Positions 29,065-37,716 of a DNA stretch of 58,246 bases are shown one piece after another (position 1 is the first letter of the stretch; every line of letters starts with the position of its first letter). The translations under genes and the position numbers were made by a program. The notes under the pieces were generated by a model, which saw only the letters and a list, made by a program, of their open reading frames with translations, was not told where the DNA came from and did not search any database. The DNA comes from a virus (Duplodnaviria > Caudoviricetes): the IMG/VR virus record IMGVR_UViG_3300048586_000912, positions 1 to 58,246 of that record; one strand, written 5' to 3'.

Positions 29065-29076
29065 GGCGCCCTCCAA

Positions 29077-29112
29077 TGAAAAACCCCGGTCGCGAGGCCG
29101 CGCCGGGGTTCT
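29077..29112 (-). terminator. Intrinsic terminator (tR'-like)
   Basis: AACCCCGG...CCGGGGTT stem followed by a T-run on the minus strand. Confidence 0.75.
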
Positions 29113-29127
29113 TCTTATCCGTGGCAA

Positions 29128-29157
29128 GTGATGCACCAAACTTATGTCGAAAGTCAA
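29128..29157 (-). promoter_or_regulatory. Putative late promoter (pR'-like)
   Basis: TTGACT at 29157-29152 overlapping the regulator stop; weak -10. Confidence 0.5.
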
Positions 29158-30038
29158 GCGGCCTCTTGCTTCTTCTTTTGCCGCCCCGCACGCGTCACGC
29201 GCTCGGGGACGGGCGGCACGAGGAGCGAGGGCAGAATTCGCCGCTCCGGATCGGGCCGCTCCCACGGCCGCGCCGAGCGCGCGCTCGGCCTCACGTCGTG
29301 CGCGTCCAGCGCACCGTCGAGATCCTCGGCCAGGATGTCGAGCGCGGCGCGCCACAGCTCATATTCCGCGCGGCCCTGCACCACGGGTTCCGGGTCGGGG
29401 TCGAGAATGGTCTTGGTGTAGGCGTCGGGAAAGGGCTCGCGCCGCTTGGGGTCGAAGCCGTCCAGCTCCACCTCCTCGCACACCGGCCCGAATGCGCCCT
29501 CCACAGTCACCAGCACGCGCCGAAACCATCGCACCTTGCCACCCTGCGCGGTCACCAGCCGGCGCGCCGGCACATCGCCCTCCCACGCGGGACAGCCGCC
29601 GAGGATCGCATGGCGGATAACCAGCCGCGAAACCGACCGGCGCAGCACCGCATCCCCCTTTTCGGTGATGAGGGTCAACCCGGCCAAGGCCCGCGCCACG
29701 GCTGCCGGCCCCTCCGGCCCAAGGTCGCCCATGTCGGCGATCGGGTTCCAGCCCTCGGGCATCGCCATCTCGCAGCTTTGCAGCGCCATCACCGCATCAT
29801 GCACGCGCACGGCATCATCGTGCGGCTCGCCGTCGGCGAAGCGGTCGGGAAAAAGGCCGAAGCGGTTGCGCACGTCCGGCTCGTCGATCACCGCCAACAG
29901 CTCGCCATAGCGCTCGACGCCGCCCCAGCCGGTCTTGAACCCAACCGCCAGCCGCCCCGGCGTCGCCGCCGCCTTCGGCAGTTCATCCCGATAGGCCCAG
30001 CGCACAAGTGCTTCAATATCAACGGTTTTCTTCGCCAT
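29154..30038 (-). CDS. Putative late-gene regulator (Q position)
   Basis: IEALVRWAYRDELPK, PHDDA..VHDAV, RAEY..WR.AL; last gene before the late promoter and terminator. Confidence 0.6.
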   Translation of the reverse strand: MAKKTVDIEALVRWAYRDELPKAAATPGRLAVGFKTGWGGVERYGELLAVIDEPDVRNRFGLFPDRFADGEPHDDAVRVHDAVMALQSCEMAMPEGWNPIADMGDLGPEGPAAVARALAGLTLITEKGDAVLRRSVSRLVIRHAILGGCPAWEGDVPARRLVTAQGGKVRWFRRVLVTVEGAFGPVCEEVELDGFDPKRREPFPDAYTKTILDPDPEPVVQGRAEYELWRAALDILAEDLDGALDAHDVRPSARSARPWERPDPERRILPSLLVPPVPERVTRAGRQKKKQEAA

Positions 30039-30062
30039 AACCGCTCCTCAACCCCGCTGTCA

Positions 30063-30390
30063 GGGAGGCTAGGGAGGATAGGGAGGCAAGCCCTTTCGCC
30101 AGCCGCCCGAAATCGACCATCGCCAACCCATTGAAACACATAAACTTCTCTATCCTCATGGGAGGCTAGGGAGGCTAGGGAGGATAATTCTCACGTACAC
30201 ATAGAGAGAGGGCTCAATGCATTCGCTGTCCTCGGCGAAAACGAAACACATCACCTCTCTACGCGTACACGCGGATTATCCTCCCCAGCCTCCCCAGCCT
30301 CCCAAAACGACCGCTAACCCATTGATCCCCCGCACCCCCGCAAGCCGAAACCCGCCGGGGCGCTTGCCTCCCTTGCCTCCCTAGCCTCCC
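30063..30390. repeat. Putative replication origin: four triplets of 9-bp-period GGGAGG iterons in inverted arrangement
   Basis: GGGAGG at 30063/72/81 and 30160/69/78; CCTCCC at 30280/89/98 and 30367/76/85. Confidence 0.75.
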
Positions 30391-30411
30391 GCGACATCGC
30401 GCGCGCGAGGT

Positions 30412-32373
30412 TCAGTCCCCCGCCGCGCCATAGCCGAAGGGGGTGTGAGAGGGGCCGAATTCGGCCCGGATGCGCACGCCGCTGTAATAGGAGACCGAGG
30501 CCTTGCCCTTCTCGATGCCGAACTGGTCGGCCGCCTTGGGCATGCGCCGGTTGAAGGTGGACTTGCCGAGCGGCGTCAGGCCGCTGCGCTCGCAATACTT
30601 GGCGAAGGCGGCATAGAGTTCGCCCGCCTCCACCGTGTCGTGCGGGTTGCGGGTCAGCTCCAGCGCCGCGCGCACGAAGGCGCCCACCACGTCGCTCTCG
30701 TCGCGATATTCCTGCGTCGCCGCCAGGATCTTCTCCGGCGGGTCGAGCGCGCCGCGCCCGAGATAGTCGAGCGCGCCGTCGATCATCCAGTTGAGGATGC
30801 CCGGCATCTCGGCCTGCAATTTCTTCGGCAGCGCCTTGTCGCGCTCGCCTTCAGGAATCTGCACCTCGAACGGCACCAGGATCACACGGCGCCAGATGCC
30901 GTCGTCATTGCCATAGATGCGGGGCTTGCGGTTGCACGAGATCACCAGCTTGAAGAACGGATAGACCTCGATGAATTCGTGGTGCAGCCGGCGCACATTG
31001 ATGGGCTCGGAGCCGGTCACGTCCTTGATGAAGCTTTCGTCCAGCGGCAGCCCCTCCTTCGGCTCGGCCGAGCGCACGAAGCGCGCCGCCGGCAGGCGGA
31101 TGAGGTCGGGCGTCGCCTCCGAGCCCTTTCGGTTCTGGTCGGAAACGATGCTCATCACCGGCACGGTGGTGGCATAGTCGCCCATGACGCGGGCGATGAT
31201 GTCCACCAGCGTGGATTTCCCGTTCTTCCCTTCGCCATAGAAAATGCAGAAGGCCTGCTCGCCCGTGAGCGCGGTGAGGCAATAGCCGAACCAGCGCTGG
31301 AGGAAGGCCCGCACCTCCGGATCGGGCACGCAGCGCTCCAGGAAGGCCATGAACCGCGGCGCCTTCGCCTCTGGGCAGTGGAAGGCCGGCGCGCGCTTCG
31401 TCATCAGGTCGCCGCGCGCATGGGGGCGGATGGAATAGCGCCACACCGTGCGCAGCCGCACCGCCTCTGGGTCGGGGCATTCCGGGTCCGGCTCCTCGCT
31501 CTTCTCGAAGCGCAGCGTGCCGTTGGCGAGACCGAGGGCCAGAGGGTCGGCATCGAGCGCCGAAAGCGGCTGGGCGAGATAGGGCCGCGCCTCGCCCAAC
31601 ATGCCGTCGAGCTTGCCGGAATTGCCGGAAGAGGTGGCGAAGCGCCGCCGCTGCGCCTGGCGCGCCTGCAGGGCCTTCATGGCCAGAGCGCCGCGCGAGG
31701 TCACCTCCTTCAGTCGCGCCGCCTCGGTCTTGAGCACGTGCGCGCGCCGCCGGCGTTCGGTCTTGCTGATGTCCTCGTCATCGAGGGCGATGATGTCGTG
31801 CGGGATCTCGCGCAGCCGTGCCAACGCCTCCTCCGCGTCGCCCACCGCCTCCCGCTCGCGCGGGGTCAGTTCCAGCACATAGGCCTCGAGGGCGATCGCC
31901 TCAGCGGTCGGGTGGGCGAAGCGGCGCACCACGTCCTCGTCATTGTCCGGCCGGAACCAGCGCGTGGCGTCCCAATAGTGCCAACCGAGGTTGGGCACGA
32001 AGAGAATGTCGGCGCCGTGGCGCAGCCGCAGCCGGCGCGAATTGCCGATGTCGTTCATGGGCTCGCGCGCGCAGGCGGCCAGCGTGCCATCGCCCGGGTC
32101 GAAGCCCTCCGGCGGCGGCTCCAGATCTTCCAGCGGCGCATCATCCGGCGGTTCATCATCGCCGCCACGCTCCATGCTCCCCTCCGGCGGATCCTCGCGC
32201 GCGGGGGAAGCCGGGGGCCGAAGGTCGCTCTCCCAATCGTCGTCATTCGCCGCGGCCGGCGGAAACGCGGCAGCCGGAGGCGCGGCCGCGCCCTCCCCGC
32301 GCACCAGAGCGGCGATGCGCTCCTCGGGCGAGAGGTCGGGCGGGGCGGCCGGCTTTTCGGCGGGGTCGGTCAC
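30412..32373 (-). CDS. P4-family / D5-like SF3 helicase
   Basis: NDIGNSRRL, GEGKNGKST, NRKPRIYGNDDGIWRR. Confidence 0.93.
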   Translation of the reverse strand: MTDPAEKPAAPPDLSPEERIAALVRGEGAAAPPAAAFPPAAANDDDWESDLRPPASPAREDPPEGSMERGGDDEPPDDAPLEDLEPPPEGFDPGDGTLAACAREPMNDIGNSRRLRLRHGADILFVPNLGWHYWDATRWFRPDNDEDVVRRFAHPTAEAIALEAYVLELTPREREAVGDAEEALARLREIPHDIIALDDEDISKTERRRRAHVLKTEAARLKEVTSRGALAMKALQARQAQRRRFATSSGNSGKLDGMLGEARPYLAQPLSALDADPLALGLANGTLRFEKSEEPDPECPDPEAVRLRTVWRYSIRPHARGDLMTKRAPAFHCPEAKAPRFMAFLERCVPDPEVRAFLQRWFGYCLTALTGEQAFCIFYGEGKNGKSTLVDIIARVMGDYATTVPVMSIVSDQNRKGSEATPDLIRLPAARFVRSAEPKEGLPLDESFIKDVTGSEPINVRRLHHEFIEVYPFFKLVISCNRKPRIYGNDDGIWRRVILVPFEVQIPEGERDKALPKKLQAEMPGILNWMIDGALDYLGRGALDPPEKILAATQEYRDESDVVGAFVRAALELTRNPHDTVEAGELYAAFAKYCERSGLTPLGKSTFNRRMPKAADQFGIEKGKASVSYYSGVRIRAEFGPSHTPFGYGAAGD

Positions 32374-34220
32374 TCGGCGGCCTCCCTGAATTCCCCGGCC
32401 GCGCGGCGCCTGGGCGCGGCATCGGCCATCAGCGCGCCGACGCAGGCGCGCATCTTCGCCACCGAGACGGCATTGCCGATCTGCTTGATCTGCTCCGTCT
32501 TCGTGCCCGCGAACTCGTAGGTGGCCTCCTCGCTGTTGAAGCCCATGGCCGCCGCCAGCTCGTGCGGCTCCAGCATGCGGAAGAGGATGTCGAACTGCCG
32601 CCCCTCTACCGCCACGGGCTCCACCAGGTTGACGCGGCCGGTGGCGCAGATGGTGGGCGCCGGCTCGGCGATATCGTGCACGCGCGGCGCCTGGCCTTCG
32701 CGCTCGCCGAACTGCGCGGCGATGAAGGCGAGCTCGCCGCGATTGGCTCCGGTCACGGTCGGCAACGGCTCGCCGGCATCGCGCACGCGGTCGCTGCCGT
32801 CATGGTGCGTCACCGGCATGACAATGGCGAATTCCCCGCCCTTAGCCGTGGTGAGGGTCGGGATCGGCTCGGCCACGTCGCGCGGGCCCGGGCCGCCGCC
32901 GGATTGCGTCACCGGCACCACCATGCCGAACCGCGCCTTTGCGGTGCAGGTGGGCAGCGGCTCCTGGGCCGAGACACAGGTCTCGCCGGAGCCGGAGCCG
33001 TAATAAGGCGAGATGAGCGCGTGCGCCGCGCCGTTGCCGCCCGTGGTCGCCGTGGGGATCGGGTCCGCGACGGAACGCGGCGCGCCGCCGGAGGCCTGGG
33101 AAAGCACGAAGGGCTGCACCAGCAGCCGGGCGCAGCCGGGGTGAACCTCGGTTGCAGCGCCGCCCGTCGTGATGGTGGGCAAAGGCTCCCGCGCCGAGCG
33201 CGCCGCCCCACTGTTATGCTGGGAAAGCACCAGCGGCTCGGCACAATACAGGTGCGGTGCATGCGCGGTCTGCGTGGGTAAAGGCTCCAAAGCGCTGGAA
33301 GCGGTGGACTGCCCCTTCATGTTGACAATGACCGGCTCGGCCAGCCCGATATGCTGCCCGCCGGCCGCGATGGTCGGCAGCGGCGCGTCGAGGCCTTGTG
33401 CCGCCATGTGGTTGCGCAGCACGACCAGGAACGGCTCTGGCCAGCCGAACTTGACGGCGCCGGCATGGATGCGCGCCAGCGTCTTCGGCGCTAAGGGCTT
33501 CGGCCGGTCGAAGATGGAGCGCCCCTTGATGGACCAGTCGATGATCTCCCGCGCCGGCCGCCAGGGCTGCGCGCCCGCAAAGAGGTCGCCAGCGATCGCC
33601 TCACGCTTCCTGTGCGTCGGCATGGGCCAGCGCACCTTGCGCCCATCCGAGCGCGCCATGAGGATGAAGCGCGAGCGCGTGGTCGCGTCGCCATAGTCGG
33701 CGGCGTTGAGCTTGCGCCATTCCGGCTCGAAGCCGAGGCGCTTCAGGGTCTCGATCCAGGCGTGGAAGTACTCCCCCTTGCGCGAGGCGATGGGCCGCCC
33801 GCTCCTCGGGTCCACCGGCCCCCAGCCGATGAATTCCCAAACATTTTCAATGATCAGCCGCTTCACCCGCAGCTCGGTGAGCCAGGTGATGATGTGCCAC
33901 GGGTCGGAGCGCTGCTGGTCGCTGGTCGGCTTGCCGCCCCGCGCCACCGAATGGTGGGTGCAGGTGGGCGAGGCCATGAGCAGGTCCAGATAGCCCTCCG
34001 GCACCAGCAGATGCGGGCGCACGGTGGCGATGTCCTGGACATAATGCCGGGCCGCGGGATGGTTGCGGCTGTGCGTATCGATCGCCACCGGCCAATGGTT
34101 CACGCAGGTGAGCACGATGTCGGCGGGCGCGAACCCGAGCCCCACCAGCGCCTTGATGGCGCCCGTGCTCGAGCCCCCGGCCCCGCAGAGCAGGTCGGCG
34201 ATGAGGATCTTGCGGCTCAT
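32370..34220 (-). CDS. DNA cytosine-C5 methyltransferase
   Basis: DLLCGAGG, ASPTC, IENV, R.RF, RML...EL, QIGNAV. Confidence 0.93.
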   Translation of the reverse strand: MSRKILIADLLCGAGGSSTGAIKALVGLGFAPADIVLTCVNHWPVAIDTHSRNHPAARHYVQDIATVRPHLLVPEGYLDLLMASPTCTHHSVARGGKPTSDQQRSDPWHIITWLTELRVKRLIIENVWEFIGWGPVDPRSGRPIASRKGEYFHAWIETLKRLGFEPEWRKLNAADYGDATTRSRFILMARSDGRKVRWPMPTHRKREAIAGDLFAGAQPWRPAREIIDWSIKGRSIFDRPKPLAPKTLARIHAGAVKFGWPEPFLVVLRNHMAAQGLDAPLPTIAAGGQHIGLAEPVIVNMKGQSTASSALEPLPTQTAHAPHLYCAEPLVLSQHNSGAARSAREPLPTITTGGAATEVHPGCARLLVQPFVLSQASGGAPRSVADPIPTATTGGNGAAHALISPYYGSGSGETCVSAQEPLPTCTAKARFGMVVPVTQSGGGPGPRDVAEPIPTLTTAKGGEFAIVMPVTHHDGSDRVRDAGEPLPTVTGANRGELAFIAAQFGEREGQAPRVHDIAEPAPTICATGRVNLVEPVAVEGRQFDILFRMLEPHELAAAMGFNSEEATYEFAGTKTEQIKQIGNAVSVAKMRACVGALMADAAPRRRAAGEFREAAE

Positions 34221-35005
34221 GCCACCCTCTCGACAACTTGAGCGCGAGCAGGCAGGCTCGAAGAACGATGGCACGACGATATGAGATACTGCTGGCGGTC
34301 GCGGTGGGAGCAGCCGGAGGCATTTCGGCGTCTGCCGCTGTTATTTGGACAAGCCGCGTACACGACGCGGCCTGGGTATCCCTCATGGGTTCGATTTTTG
34401 GTGGCTTCGTAGGGGGTGTTACGACCCTCGTTGCCGCGTGGATTGCGTGGCGCGGCATCAAAGCTCAGATGCTCGAACAAAAGAGAGCAATGGCATTTCC
34501 GTTTCGCGTACGGGAGTATGAAGCAATCTGCGAACGCCTCCCAGGAACGCAGAACATCATGCTTTTTTCGAACGTAATACTCAATTTGTTTGGAGATGAA
34601 ACGAAAACACATAATGAAATTCGTCAAACTATTTTCTCCTTTTTCGCAAAGAAAAAATTGTCCGAGAGCGAAATTCGATCGTTTCAGATACGGAAATTCA
34701 TCGAAGATCGATGCAGAAACACAAATGTCCTTTTGCAGAATCAATTCATATCCGCACTGGAATTTGTTCAACAAACTGCTGAGATACCGGTTGAGTATGC
34801 GCGCAGCATCCATGCAGATGACGTGATAAAGGAGCAAATTGAAAGTCGCATTTCGAACAATACTGAACAATGCCAATTCGCTATGAAGCGGCTCAGGTCG
34901 GCATGCACTCACATTGCCGAAAGTGCGGATCGTGACGAGCGCCGAAGTCGTGCGCTCAAAAATGAGATCGATGCCGTCCTCGGCGACCCCGCCATAGATT
35001 AACAT
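34217..35005 (-). CDS. Bridging ORF antisense to 34268-35002, coupled to both MTase genes
   Basis: Start overlaps the N6/N4-MTase stop (TGATG); stop overlaps the C5-MTase start (ATGA). Confidence 0.4.
   Translation of the reverse strand: MLIYGGVAEDGIDLIFERTTSALVTIRTFGNVSACRPEPLHSELALFSIVRNATFNLLLYHVICMDAARILNRYLSSLLNKFQCGYELILQKDICVSASIFDEFPYLKRSNFALGQFFLCEKGENSLTNFIMCFRFISKQIEYYVRKKHDVLRSWEAFADCFILPYAKRKCHCSLLFEHLSFDAAPRNPRGNEGRNTPYEATKNRTHEGYPGRVVYAACPNNSGRRRNASGCSHRDRQQYLISSCHRSSSLPARAQVVERVA
34268..35002 (+). CDS. AT-richer antisense accessory membrane protein (moron)
   Basis: 244 aa, two N-terminal TM helices, composition differs from flanks. Confidence 0.75.
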   Translation: MARRYEILLAVAVGAAGGISASAAVIWTSRVHDAAWVSLMGSIFGGFVGGVTTLVAAWIAWRGIKAQMLEQKRAMAFPFRVREYEAICERLPGTQNIMLFSNVILNLFGDETKTHNEIRQTIFSFFAKKKLSESEIRSFQIRKFIEDRCRNTNVLLQNQFISALEFVQQTAEIPVEYARSIHADDVIKEQIESRISNNTEQCQFAMKRLRSACTHIAESADRDERRSRALKNEIDAVLGDPAID

Positions 35006-36516
35006 CACTCCGCCGCCTCCCCTGCTTCGTCTGCGCCGAACAGCGGCAGCGGTGCGGTCTGAGCGCCGCGCGCCTTCGCTGCCTCTCGCTTGCGGGTGGC
35101 GGGGCCGGCGAGGCACAGGTCCATGCGGCGGCGAATGTCCGCCTGATACTCGGCCTCGCGCTCGATCAGCACGGCCGAGAACCCCTCGCGCCACGCCGCC
35201 TCGCCCGTAGTGCCGGTGCCCGCGAACGGGTCCAGCACCGTGCCGCCGGGCGGCGTCACAAGGCGGCAGAGCCACTGCATCAGATCCACCGGCTTGACAG
35301 TGGGGTGCTTGGAGCCGAGGCGGTCTTCCGCATCGGCTTTGGACGAATAGAAGAAGCGGGCGGCGGAGCCGCCGGAATCGGCATGGCCGCGCGAGACCCA
35401 ATCGCCTGCGGATTTCCCCATGGACGAGCTGGCATTATGTGCCGCAGCCGAATTGCGACGCTCCCCGCCCGATGAGGCCGCGGCTTCAGGAAACGCCCCC
35501 ACCACCTCCGGCGAGCCGTCGTGCAGCACGTTCGCAGGCCAGCGACCGAGGCCGGTGTCTCCAACGGCGCGGGAGCCGCCGAGGCCGGAACCAAACGTGT
35601 TGCGGTTTTGGTCGACGGAGGGGTTGGCCCGAGACACGCGCCGTGGCCGGGCGCCTTCGGTTTCAACCCGGCACCCATCGATATTGAGTGCCCCCGTCCC
35701 ATGCGCGAGCACATTGGCCGCCACGGTGCCGTCCAGCGGCTTGCGCGCGAGAATGATCGGCTCCCAAGCTGGTTTGACTGCCGTTCCCCAGCCCTGCCAA
35801 GTGGCGGCTTCAGGCGAGCCGGGCACATAGTCCCCCGGCTGATACTTGCGGTCGGCCAGCTTTTCCCATGAGCCATCCTTGTGCTGGTCGGCACCGGGCC
35901 GGATGCGCCGAACGGGTGCGCCGGTCGGCACCACTTCGCCTTCGACACCGAGGGCCTTGTCGATCCCCTTCGCCAGGTCGTGGCTCTTGGGGAAGCCCGA
36001 GCCGTAGACCCACGCCAGCAGCCCCTCGAAGCCGAGCAGGTCCATCACCCGCAGGAAGGCGGAAAGCTGGGCATCCGAAAGCGAGTTGACGAAATCGCGG
36101 ATGATGGGGTCGCGGCTCATCAGCTCCAGCAGCGTGTCGCGCACCTCGAAGCCGGCATCCTCGATCGCGGATTTCAGCCGATGGTCGGTGCGCGTGCCGC
36201 CGAAAGCCACGACGTGGCCGCCCGGCTTGAGCACCCGCAGCACCTCGGCCCAAAACTCGGCCGCGAACGCGGTCTCGCCGGTGTCCCACTGCTTCCCCAT
36301 GAAACCCGCCGAGGCGCGGGCATAGAGCCCGTCGCGCCCGTGCTGCGCCGGCGCCGCATCGGCCGCGCCGAAGCGCTTGCGGATGGAGACGAGCGCATAG
36401 GGCGGGTCCGTGACGACCGCATGGATGCTCGCGTCCGGCAGCGCGCGCAGCACCTCGCGGCTGTCGCCGCAATGGAGTGCCACCCGCCCGCCGAGGAATA
36501 GTTCGGGCGCGCTCAT
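35005..36516 (-). CDS. DNA N6-adenine/N4-cytosine methyltransferase (beta class)
   Basis: TDPPY precedes HPTVKP and DPFAGTGTT. Confidence 0.93.
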   Translation of the reverse strand: MSAPELFLGGRVALHCGDSREVLRALPDASIHAVVTDPPYALVSIRKRFGAADAAPAQHGRDGLYARASAGFMGKQWDTGETAFAAEFWAEVLRVLKPGGHVVAFGGTRTDHRLKSAIEDAGFEVRDTLLELMSRDPIIRDFVNSLSDAQLSAFLRVMDLLGFEGLLAWVYGSGFPKSHDLAKGIDKALGVEGEVVPTGAPVRRIRPGADQHKDGSWEKLADRKYQPGDYVPGSPEAATWQGWGTAVKPAWEPIILARKPLDGTVAANVLAHGTGALNIDGCRVETEGARPRRVSRANPSVDQNRNTFGSGLGGSRAVGDTGLGRWPANVLHDGSPEVVGAFPEAAASSGGERRNSAAAHNASSSMGKSAGDWVSRGHADSGGSAARFFYSSKADAEDRLGSKHPTVKPVDLMQWLCRLVTPPGGTVLDPFAGTGTTGEAAWREGFSAVLIEREAEYQADIRRRMDLCLAGPATRKREAAKARGAQTAPLPLFGADEAGEAAE

Positions 36517-37067
36517 GCCGCCCGCGCCTCGGCCTGCGCCCCGTTTGAATTCAGCGTGTTACACTCGATGTTTCCCGTGGAACCTGCCGCGCCCGCGCGC
36601 GTGCCCGCCTCGGGTGCCGTGAAGTCGGTGGGGTGGCGGCCCATGAGGGCGCAGATGCGCAGGGTGCTGGTCACGTCCACCGCGTCGCCGTGCTCGGCCC
36701 GGCACCAGGTGGCCACCGAAACGCCCGCCGCCCGCGCCGCATCCCGCATGGCCTGCTCGGCTGCCGAGCGGTAGAGCATCATCGCCGCCGCGAAGAACCA
36801 CCACAGGAATGGCCCGCGCGGGGAAAGCGGCAGGCGCCCCGGCAGCGGCGCGGAGAGCGGGCGCAGCGTCACGGCATCGAGGCCGCGCACCGCGCAGGTG
36901 GCGAGCCAGCAATCGAGCCGCACCGGCCGGCCCGCCCGCAGGGCCCCGAAGATGCGCCCGGCCGTGAGCGGCGCGATACCCGCCATGGCCTTGATGCGGT
37001 CCATCTCCGGATGGGTGAGCGGCTGCGCCGCCAGAACAGCGCCGAGGCGCTCATGGATAGTGCGCAT
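36513..37067 (-). CDS. XRE-like HTH protein
   Basis: MRDAARAAGVSVATWCRAEHG; start MRTIHER coupled via TGATG. Confidence 0.65.
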   Translation of the reverse strand: MRTIHERLGAVLAAQPLTHPEMDRIKAMAGIAPLTAGRIFGALRAGRPVRLDCWLATCAVRGLDAVTLRPLSAPLPGRLPLSPRGPFLWWFFAAAMMLYRSAAEQAMRDAARAAGVSVATWCRAEHGDAVDVTSTLRICALMGRHPTDFTAPEAGTRAGAAGSTGNIECNTLNSNGAQAEARAA

Positions 37068-37716
37068 CACGCGGCCTCCCCGATCTCGTCCAGCATGTCG
37101 CCGGTGCGTTCGGCCCGTGCCTCGTCCGGGCGGCGGGCGCGGCGCGCCACCTCGTGCGGCGCCCGCACGGGGCGCAGCGCCCGCGGCTCGTAGGCGAGCC
37201 GGCAGCAAGCGGGGCAATAGGAGAGCCCCGGCGCGGCCGGCGCGCCGCAGACCCTGAGCGCCAGCCCCCCCCCGCCACCGGCCACCGGCAGGCATCGCGG
37301 CCAACGGCGGTGAAGAGCACGCCTCCGGCCGGCCCGGCGGGCGGTGCCTTTTCCACCCCGTCATGCTCCGGCTTGACCGGAGCATCCATGCCCGCTCCCG
37401 GCATTGCGCCCGGCCGCAGGATGGGCCCTCCGGTCAAGCCGGAGGGCGACGGCGGGGAAGCGTCAGCGGCGCGCGCGAGTCCCGAACCGCCGTCATGCTC
37501 CGGCTTGGCCGGGGCGCTCGCGCGGACGGCCGCATAGCGCGTCTCGTTGCCGCGCAATTGCAGGCCTATGCGCATGCACTTGCCGATCACGGCATTGCGG
37601 CTCGCGAAATGCCCGGCCGCGCACATGGCGGCGGCGATCGCGGACGCGGGTTGCCCGTCCTCGGCCAGCCGGCGCAGCATCTTCTCGGCCTTCGGATCGT
37701 CCCACACGCTGCTCAT
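37067..37716 (-). pseudogene. gcrA: GcrA-like regulator frameshifted at a G9 tract
   Basis: SRNAVIGK..RIG N-terminus; CRWP and CG...SYC..C..LAY fall in different frames, joined at C9 (37265-37273). Confidence 0.8.
37360..37516. repeat. Three REP-like palindromes (GTC..CCGGCTTG.CCGG) in-frame in the GcrA linker
   Basis: 37360-37388, inverted copy 37422-37450, and 37492-37516. Confidence 0.8.

Noticed and set aside
32370-36516. Restriction-modification system
   Set aside because: No recognisable endonuclease; orphan MTases are usual in prophages
37051-37716. 221-aa ORF as the true GcrA product
   Set aside because: Its C-terminus is out-of-frame sequence; the conserved Cys motifs and coupled stop are in another frame
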